Assembly (NCBI RefSeq): GCF_964194155.1
Contig: NC_135901.1
Coordinates: 930,001-994,000 of the forward strand
Length of the DNA: 64,000 nucleotides
Direction: 5' to 3'
DNA from: Cetorhinus maximus
Lineage: Eukaryota
Numbering within the stretch: position 1 is the first letter of the stretch; the number at the start of each line of letters is the position of its first letter. The position numbers and the translations under genes were made by a program. Below are positions 50,778 through 59,769 of this stretch, piece by piece. The notes beneath the pieces are model-generated. The model made no database searches and had not been told where the DNA came from. It worked only from the letters and a program-made list of their open reading frames with translations.

Positions 50778-52143
50778 GTTCAAATTCAGATGATATTCAG
50801 GTTACGATAAATTTGGTAATTCTGTCAGATCCTGAAGTGATGTTTGGTTTCCAGTTTCCCATCTGCAAATCCTTCCCTTTGAATACTCTGTGAAATTGAT
50901 TTAAAACAGAAAAAAGGGAGTGAGAAAGAACCCACAAAAACACTAAGGCAGGTTGTGAAATTGAGCTGAATGAATCTGGTCATTTGTGGGGCCGGCACTG
51001 GGAAAAGTGACTTCGGAAGTGACTGGATTGTCATAAAAACCCAACTGGTTCACTAATGTCCTTAAGGGAAGAGAACCTGCCACCCAGTCCAGGCCTACAC
51101 AAGGCTTTGGGCTCTAAGGGAGGAGAAGGATGGAGCAAGGGACAGAGAAGTGGGAGATGCAGGAGGTAAAGGAGAGGGATTTTATATATCTACAACTCAG
51201 CCATATCTTTGACAGAACCGCCCAAACCCTTAAGCTCCACCGCCTAGAAGGTAACAGGTGTATGTGAACACAATCAACTCCAAGTTCCCCGCCATCTCAA
51301 ACTGACTCAACAAAGGAAGGGGAATTGGACAAGCACCTGAAGAGAAAGAAAATGCTGGGCTACGAGGAAAGAGCAGGGGAGTGGGACTAACTGATTTGTC
51401 CTTGCAGAGAACCAGCACGAGCTCAATGGGCTAAAGGCCTCCTTCTGTATTGTAATCAGTCAATGACTCTATGATTCAGTGACAAAGGACCAACACAGGA
51501 GGCCAGGGACCAATCTCTGCAGCCAACACCCACTCCGACACAAATAGCTCTTAATTGGTCCATCTCTGTTTCCAGACTCAGTTCTGTGAGGAACATCTGC
51601 AATAAAACAAAAGCAAAATACTGCAGATGCTGAAAATCTGAAATAAATGAGCTAATGCTGGAAATATTCAGCAGGTCAGGCATTATCTGTGTAGAGAGAA
51701 ACAGAGTTAATGTTTCAGTGTGTGCAGAATGAATTATGGGGAAGAAAATAGTGCAGAATTTGATGGTCATTATAACTCAGAAACTGAAGAGAAATTGACT
51801 ATAGCGCTAAAAATAATTCCTGACTATGAAAGATACTGTGGGAAGATAAAGCTGGGAAGCCAGCAGCCCATGGTCAGGGGATGGGCAGCTGTGGGAGCCT
51901 CATTTAGACATGGTCAGCAGAAGTAACAGTAAATGTTAAACAGAGTTAAAATACACCCATTATTAGAGACAGAGAAAGTTAGATAATGAAAGAGAGGTGA
52001 ATAGGGAGGGCAGAAACAGAGCAATGGATGGGCATGAATTCAGATCCACAATAAAGGAATCCCAGAGCCATAGAACCTGTCACAGATAACTGAGTTTAGC
52101 AAGAAAAGCTCTAAATTGTAGATGAATGGTCAAAAATACTCAC

Positions 52144-52189
52144 CTCTGAAATAATTTCAGTATTCAATATTAAAATCTCCTGCTGGAGC
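52144..52189 (-). other. Putative 46-nt non-coding 5' exon of the ZNF at 50034-50777
   Basis: ttccaactgcag/GCTCCAGC...TTTCAGAG/gtgagt. A conserved paralog lies at about 29303-29348. Confidence 0.5.
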
Positions 52190-52799
52190 CTGCAGTTGGA
52201 AAGATATCAGAAGCACTGGAGTCAGAGAAAAATCTCCCAGTTGAGGAAATACCCGGGGAGCGGGGGTGATGTCACTGAGGAATTGTCGGTGTGTGATAAC
52301 ATCACAGCCACGAACACAGAACATCTGGGTCTGTGCAAAGCAGTGATTACCACACATTATGAGGGATGTGAGGGTCCTTGAGAGGGTGCAGAGGAGGTTT
52401 ATCAGAATGGTTCCAGAAATGAGGGATTTTAGTTGCAATGTTAGGTTGGAGAAACTGAGTTTGTTCTCCTTGAAGCAGAAGAGGTTGAGGGGAGATTTCA
52501 TAGACGTGTACTGTACAAGTTTGTGGCAAGACATTAGCTAATCATGAAAGTATCGCAGCGGCAGATTTAAGATTTTGGGCAGAATCTACATGTAAGGAAG
52601 AAAGGTGATACAGAACTCAATGCTTACACTCAAAGGCCAATAATATCCAGGTCCTGATGAATCGAGTGACTCGAGTCAGGTCTTTGTGTTGAGTTTGCTG
52701 TGTGTAAATCTTTTCTAACCCACTGTAAAAGGAGTTTCCAAAATCCATCCCTGTCAGTCCAGGATAGAAATTCACAACATTCTCTCCTCCTGCTGCCAG

Positions 52800-53380
52800 G
52801 GACAGGGATGACAGCGCATGCGCCCTGCTGCACATTGACCCCAATAAAGATGGCGGTCGTTAACCCAGACCCTTTCGTTGGAGCCATGATCCCACAACAT
52901 TCCCGCCACAGATGCAAACTCGGCACCGGTAAACTCTTATTCTGGGTTCAGAGCCGCATCGGGTACTTACGAACCCGCCCCGTCGACCCACTGGCTTCAT
53001 CTCTCCCTCCACTCCGCCATTTCTTTCACCGCCTGAAGATGAGACAAACAAGCATCTGTCCATGGACATCACCCACACTGCGCATGCTCTGGATCACAAT
53101 GCCCAGAGAGTGATTGACGGCAGCAAAAGGAAGAAGGGGCGGGGCTCGAGGACCGGGCGGGACTGGAGGACCGAGCGGGAGCGGTTGGTCCTCCAACCAA
53201 TCGGAGTGAATGAGGGGCGGTGCTGAGCCCTGATCTCTCTCATTGGCTGAAACCCTGCATTATTTTGAAAGCTGATTTGTCTCAAACTCCAGAAGAAAAC
53301 TGGACCTTTCTGTTTGTGGCTTTAAACAGATGAAATCCTGTGGGTGTGGAGCAAACATTTCAACATTTGTTAGTGAAATG
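52800..53380 (-). promoter_or_regulatory. CpG-rich ZNF promoter
   Basis: GCGCATGCGC, AAGATGGCGG, CTGCGCATGCTC, GC boxes and CCAAT boxes. Matches 34040-34230 (reverse) and 11950-12240. Confidence 0.7.
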
Positions 53381-53529
53381 TGGGAATATGATGAAACAAT
53401 GCACAAACAATTCAAGGGCTGACTTCAGGGAATCACTGGGCAGACAGGGATTATCACCGTTAGAACAAGGAGAATGCCTGGTTTCAATAAATGAACCAGC
53501 AGAAGCTTAGGGAGAAGGTAAATATTGTC

Positions 53530-53750
53530 ATCATTCAGAACAACTTTTGTATGTGGCTGCATCAAGCTGTGCATAGACCCTCGGTACGCAAACACCAAGT
53601 GTCACTATGTGCTGAGGTTCTACCTGTCCCCTGTATTGTGAAGGATGGGTCTGGCTACGCTGCTGAGGAACGCTACAAGTAGTTGGACCTATTCCTCGTG
53701 GATAAATTTAGGCAGAGAAACACCTTTGACCACAAGCCCATCAGGCAGGT
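53530..53750 (+). mobile_element. Tx1-clade LINE ORF2 fragment
   Basis: TFVCGCIKLCIDPRYANTKCHYVLRFYLSPVL*RMGLATL.RNA.SSWT, recognised as Tx1-type from memory. Confidence 0.6.
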
Positions 53751-53756
53751 TTCTGT

Positions 53757-54260
53757 CACTGTGAGCCTCGGGGAGCAGTAATACCCTGCAGTGTCTGTCA
53801 GTTGCAGCCCCCATATAGTTAACATGGTGAACTGAGTCCCGATTTCGAGCTCTGAAGAGAAATGGGCTGTTGTAAAATCTGTTTTATCTGCATAACCGCT
53901 GGTGTATTTCATTCGAATAAACTCGGGCTGTGTGTCTGGGTGTTGCCGGGACCAGTATAAATAATTGATGCTCCATGTCCTCTCATAGAGACAGCGTAAA
54001 GTCACCACTTTTCCTTCTAATCTAACCTGTCCTAACCCTTCTGCTGGTTCATTTATTGAAACCAGGGACGGGTTGAGTGACAGAATCTCCAAAGCTCAGA
54101 TCTGAAGAAAATGTTCGAACAGGAAAAGCTCAGTCCTGTGGGTTTTAAAAATCCTGGCTCGAATAATGTTCATAAAACTAACTAAAGGATTAAATTTGTT
54201 TAATCCATTAGTACCTGTCAGAAATGCTCCCCTCACAACCCAGATGCTGAGGAGCCGCAT
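53757..54260 (-). pseudogene. T-cell receptor alpha/delta-type V gene segment pseudogene
   Basis: Leader exon 54260-54215 (MRLLSIWVVRGAFLT, phase-1 GT) and acceptor ttcttcag. V exon reads GDSVTQP..., EGKVVTLRC, YWSRQHP, LTIWGLQLTDTAGYYC, then heptamer CACAGTG. FR1 has a frameshifting insertion and there is no nonamer. Confidence 0.85.
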
Positions 54261-54374
54261 TGTCAGTGTCCACTCTGTAAAAGGGGAGTTGGATATTTGA
54301 AGATATCCATTCTAAACCCCTCCCTCAATAATCTGAAATCGTGTCTCGGATGTTCTCACCCCTTTATGTCAGTG

Positions 54375-54580
54375 AATGGAAACACCCCGAGCTGGGCTAC
54401 AGTCAGTCTGCTTACAGGGGGAATGACCTTCTTCTGTGACATTGTGGAGGTTTACTGACCTTCTGACTATGTCAGCACACATGAGGTCTACGATTTCTTA
54501 ATTTAAAGATGCAAGTTAGTGTGGCATTATTTTCCTCATTAAATGTCACAAGAGAATCCCCTCTACTTTCCACTGTTTCT
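54375..54580 (-). pseudogene. Possible second, highly decayed V-type Ig-domain exon
   Basis: VTFNEENNATLTC...VC*HSQKVSKPPQ...RSF.L.VSRLTVA; the middle of the domain is missing. Confidence 0.35.
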
Positions 54581-56159
54581 TGGTTATATAGACATAAAAT
54601 GATAGTAATGATCGCCATCACCACCTTCATCATCATCATTGAAACCTCTGATGAATCTCTGGAAAGGCAGCTAGCTCTCTGCAACAGAGAAGATTCTCCT
54701 CATGTCAAACTTGAAGGTGGATGTTTGAATTTAAGCAAAATATGATTAAAAAAAACATCAAGTTCACAACCATCATGTTACAGGATATCTGAAATCACAG
54801 GAGAGTAAAGGTACATTATACACAGTGCACATCCATTCTTCTGTCTTTGTGTCTGCTTTCATACACCCCATTCATTTCAGTTTCCCTCCTTTCTATCTCC
54901 TTGTCTATGCAATATTGATACATATATAGATACACAGATTCTCTTCACAGTCTTCCCCACGCCGTGAATATGTCGGTATCATGTGTATCACCAAGCCCTC
55001 AGTGAACCATTGAGTTCATGGGCTGAAACCAAGTTCAAATAGTCCCAAAGCATCTCTATTACCAGGTGCAGTTAATGCTGAGCAAATAGACACATTCTCA
55101 GTTATAATGCAGAGAGGAACTTGTCAGTCATTTCAAATTGGAAATAATATTCATCATTCTGATGAAAATAGAACTGAGAAACATTTGAGGAAAAGAAACT
55201 CATCAAGACAATTGGAATGTGTTCTGTCTGGTTCAATGAGCGGTCAGAAAATGGTTCCAATGCAGCAGGATCATTGAGTGATTAAGGTGTTGGACTTAGG
55301 TTCAATAAACGAATGCTCAAGTGGAGTTGAGCACCTCCGCAACGCCACCTGCCCCCAACCCTGGCCCAGCTTCCTCCTGGGGGTTTGCTTGCCTGAGTTT
55401 TTTCCGTTTTTGTTGAGTGAGGAATATGGAGGTAAGGGAAAGATGCTGATAGGCAGATCAACAATTCTCTTAGTGAATTCTGAGCAGCGTCAATGGCTGA
55501 ATGGCCTCCTCCTGTTTCTATTGAAGAACAATATATATTCCAAATACTGTGGGAGTGGGATTGATGGAGAATGATGCAGAGTGAGAAAGACATACATAAA
55601 AAGGGAGAAAGTTAGGCTGGCAGAGAGAAGTAATGATCAATTTATTTCCTAAAAAGGCCGGTTTGGCACAGAAAGTGACCATCACAGATGAGTTGAAGAG
55701 TTTAAAAGAAGCTCTTGGAAAGCCGAGTATTGAAGACAAATAGAATTTAAAAGACTAAATCTTGGAGCGTTTATCAAAATAATGATGTAAACTGTGTGGG
55801 GCGGTGGTGTATGAACTCTTCTTATTTCTGTGTTACACTTCCCTATTTTCTTACAATTAAATAAAAACAACTAATCAGAAATGGAGTGCCTGAGACTGCT
55901 TGCTGTCAACAACATATTTCCCTTCTCTAGTCTCAGTATTTGAGAGAAGTGTACCTGTTAAACATTTTCTGCTCAGTTTCTCATTTCCACGCAGAACAGT
56001 TAAACGAATTGTTTCTGCAGTGCAGTCACTGACAGCTAAATGTCCATTGATCAGTAAAACCATATTCAGTCACAGTGAAATCACTCAATGGGACAAGATT
56101 AAAACACAAACAGCTGGGAATCAGAAATCGAATCAGTTTCACAAGTTAAAATGATTTTC

Positions 56160-57325
56160 TGGACATAAGTTCATGAGAAATAGCAGCAGAATAGTCCATA
56201 GAGCCCCTCGAGCCTGCTCCATCATTGAATATGATCATGGCTGATCTTTGGCTTCAACTCCACTTTTCCACCTGTTCCCCATTTATGTTGATTCACCGAG
56301 AGACCAAATATTTTTCTGTCTCAGCCTGTAATGTATTCAACAATGGACCACCCACAATCCTCTGGAGTACAGAATTCCAAAGCCTCACAACAGCATGAGT
56401 GAAGAAATTTCTCCTCATCTCAGTCCTAAATAATCAGATCCTTATTCTGAGACTGTGCCCCATGTTTTTGATTCTTCAGCCGGTGAGACAAACTCTCCAG
56501 GTCTGCCTTGTCAAGCTCCTTAGAATCTTAAATGTTTCAATGAGATCACCTCTCACCTTTTAAACTCCTGAGATTGTAGACCCAATTTACTCAGTCACTC
56601 ACCATCGGACAACCATTTCACCCCAGGGGCCAATGTCGTGAATCTTCACTCTACTACCTCCAATGCAAGTACAACCTTTCTTAAATGTGGAAGTCAGAAC
56701 TGCACACAGGGTTGCAGTTGTGGCCTCAGCAAAGCCGTGTATAATTGTAGCAAGACAACTTCATTCTTGTACTCCAATCCTCTTGCATTAAAGGCCAAAT
56801 AAGGCTGATGAAAGGCAATAAAGGCCAATGAAACAACAAAGGGCAATGGGCACATTCTGACTGGAGAGAGAATGAATGAGAGAATAATATTGCAGAGAGA
56901 AAGAATACTTTGCATCTGTCTTTACCAAGGAAGATACTGCCAGGCTACGGTGAAATAGGAGGTAATTAAAACAATAGAAGTATTTTAAATTGGTAAGAAG
57001 GAGACATTAGGTAGGCTGTCTATGCTTAAAGTTGCTAAAGCACCAGGACTGGATGAGTTGCATCCAAGGATAATGAGGGAAGTAAGAGTGGAAAATGTGG
57101 GCGCTGGCCATAATTTTCCAATCATACTTAGACTCAGAGGTGGTTCCAGAGGACTGGAGAAATGCAAACATTACAACTTTGTTGAAAAGGGGTAAAGATA
57201 AGCCCAGTAACTACAGGCCAGTCAGCTTAACTTCAGTGGTGGGGAAACTCCTAGAAACAATGATTCGGGATAAAATTAATATTTATGACAAATATGGGTT
57301 AATTAAAGAAAACCTAGCAGGAATT
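56160..57325. mobile_element. CR1 fragments (3' end on -, RT start on +)
   Basis: LLRPQLQPCVQF on -; VPEDWRNANIT...NYRPVSLTSVVGKLLE on +. Confidence 0.75.
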
Positions 57326-57394
57326 TAATCTTATTTATTGGCCGTCCGACCCCAGTGAGAAAACAAAAATAAATCTGTTTACAATTGGGATTCG

Positions 57395-57860
57395 CTATGG
57401 CGGCGATTTTACCCAGCATGCACGGCGGTGAAGAATGTCCCCTATCAACGCTACAGGAGAGCAGTGCGCAGGCGCTGTGCCGCCAGTGTTGGGAGCATGC
57501 GCAGTGTCACTCATGACCAGGACGGATGTTTGTTTCCCGCATCCACAATGGGTAAAGGGGGGGATGGCGGGGTGGAGGGAGCGAGGGATCCGGCGGGTGG
57601 GCGGAGAGGCTCCGGAAACATGTTGTGTAAACCGTGAAGCCCGAATGAGAAGCAACCGACTCTCCGTTTGCACCGAGTGGACCCGAGAAGAAATGTCCCG
57701 GTGACAAACCCGGAGCAGGAGGAGAGAATGTTGTGAATTTCTATCCTGGACTGACAGGGGGTTAGAAGGGGGGGATTTACACACAGCAAACTCAAACCAA
57801 GAGAAATATCTGTCTCTTTTCAATTTCTATCCTCGACTGACAGGGATGGGCTTTGTAAAC
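57395..57860 (+). promoter_or_regulatory. CpG-rich promoter and leader of the ZNF at 58603-59751
   Basis: ATGGCGGCG, TGCGCAGGCGC and GCATGCGCAGT; paralogous to 33680-34260. Confidence 0.65.
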
Positions 57861-58602
57861 AAACAGAAAAATTACAGGTGTTGGGAAAGTTTGGATTGGG
57901 GATTTTTTTCTTTAGAAAAAGGAAGCGTGAGCAGTGAGCTGATAGATGTCTTCACAATGATCAACGGGTTGGACGGGGTAGATATGGAGACAATGTTTCC
58001 ACTTGAAATTTCTTTACTCAGAGAGTGGTGAGAGGATGTGGAACTCACAGAAACCATTGAGGGAAGAAAACTGATAATTTCAACAGGAAACTAGATGAGT
58101 ATGTGAGAGAAAAGGGATTAGAAAGATAAACTGAAAGGCTGAGATAATTTGCATGGAATGGGAGGAGAAGCATAAAACTAGCAGAATAGTTGGACAGAAT
58201 GGCCTATTTGTTTATTGCATATTTTGAGTATTTCAAATTAAACTCTTTTTACAGGGCATTCAGAGGGTTTGATTTGCAGATGGGAGATTCAAACCAAACA
58301 TCACATCAAGATCTGACAGAGACAATTGCTTCACCAGGACCTGAATATCATCGGCCTTTGAATGTGGAAGGAGGAATGTTTGTCTGTGAGAAAAGATTTC
58401 AAACATCAATGTGACTGGAAAAGCACGAAGACAGACACACGCCCAAGTGACAGTGTTGCAGTGAATTGACTGTGGAAAGAGTTAACCAGTTACACAGCCT
58501 GAAAAAACATCACAGTGAGGGAGAGACTGTACACATATTGTATGTGTGTGGCCTGGGTTCAACTGACCACGCAACCTGGAGAGGCACAAGGACACCCGCT
58601 CC

Positions 58603-59751
58603 ACGGGGAAACCGTGGAAATGTGGGGACTGTGGGAAGGGATTCAATTCCCCATCTGAAGTGGAAACTCATCGACGCAGTCACACTGGGGAGAGACCGTT
58701 CACCTGCTCTGTGTGTGGGAAGGGATTCACTCAGTCATCCAGCCTCTACACACACCAGCATGTTCATACTGGTGAGAGGCCATTCACCTGCCTTGAATGT
58801 GGGAAGGGATTTAATGCTTTATCAAACCTCCGGACTCACCATCGTGCTCATTCTGATGAGAGACCATTTAAATGTTCTGACTGTGAGAAGAGCTTTAAAA
58901 GCAGAAAGGATCTACTGACACACCAACGCACTCACACTGGGGAGAGGCCATTCACCTGCTCAGTGTGTGGGAAGGGATTCACTCAGTCATCCCACCTCCT
59001 GACACACAAACTTGTTCACACTGACAAGAGACCTTTTGAATGTTGTGACTGTGAGAAGAGCTTTAAAAGCAAAAAGGATTTACTGAACCACGAACGCACT
59101 CACACTGGGGAGAGGCCATTTACCTGCTCCGTGTGTAGTAAGAGATTCACTTGTTCATCCCACCTTCTGACACACCAATTTGTTCACACTGATCAGAGAC
59201 CTTTCCATTGTTCTGACTGTGAGAAGACATTTAAAAGCAAAAAGGATCTTCTGAAACACCAACACACTCACACTGGGGAGAGGTTATTCACCTGCTCTAT
59301 CTGTGGGAAGGGATTCACTCGGTTAGCCCACCTGGTGAGACACAATCGAGTTCACACTGGGGAGAGGCCATTCACCTGCAGTCAATGTGGGCAGGAATTC
59401 ATTGATTCATCTGACCTTCTGATACACCAGCGAGTTCATTTTGGGGAGAAACCATACACCTGCCTTGTGTGCGGCAAGAGATTCACTCAGTCATCTCATC
59501 TCACTACACACCAACTTGTTCACACTGATCATAGGCCTTTTAAGTGTTCTGACTGTGAGAAGAGATTTAAAAGTAAAAGGAATCTGCTGACACACCAGCG
59601 AGTTCACACTGGGGAGAGGCCGTTCACCTGCTCAATGTGTGGGAAGGGGTTCGCTCAGTCAAACAACCTGCTGAGACACCAGCAAGTTCACATGCGACAG
59701 CGGGGGTTGGGTTCTGTTGTTATTGCTGCTGTTAATCACATCCAGGACTGA
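58603..59751 (+). CDS. C2H2 zinc-finger array, 13 intact fingers plus VIAAVNHIQD tail; ACG at the expected start
   Basis: Open from the TGA at 58564-58566 to 59751. [17 protein letters not shown] start; the only in-frame ATGs are in and after the last finger. Confidence 0.75.
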   Translation, partial: TGKPWKCGDCGKGFNSPSEVETHRRSHTGERPFTCSVCGKGFTQSSSLYTHQHVHTGERPFTCLECGKGFNALSNLRTHHRAHSDERPFKCSDCEKSFKSRKDLLTHQRTHTGERPFTCSVCGKGFTQSSHLLTHKLVHTDKRPFECCDCEKSFKSKKDLLNHERTHTGERPFTCSVCSKRFTCSSHLLTHQFVHTDQRPFHCSDCEKTFKSKKDLLKHQHTHTGERLFTCSICGKGFTRLAHLVRHNRVHTGERPFTCSQCGQEFIDSSDLLIHQRVHFGEKPYTCLVCGKRFTQSSHLTTHQLVHTDHRPFKCSDCEKRFKSKRNLLTHQRVHTGERPFTCSMCGKGFAQSNNLLRHQQVHMRQRGLGSVVIAAVNHIQD

Positions 59752-59769
59752 ATCATGTCTGGGCGCCTG

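Noticed and set aside
53477-54066. DNA transposon with 29-bp TIRs capturing the V segment
   Set aside because: The V exon continues colinearly outside the right repeat and there is no TSD; a templated insertion explains it better.
55150-55800. Purine-rich, coding-looking stretch
   Set aside because: Stops in the frames I read and no family I can recognise.
56070-56112. CACAGTG followed by an A-rich tract, resembling an RSS
   Set aside because: The nonamer at 23-bp spacing is a poor match and no V, D or J coding sequence is adjacent.
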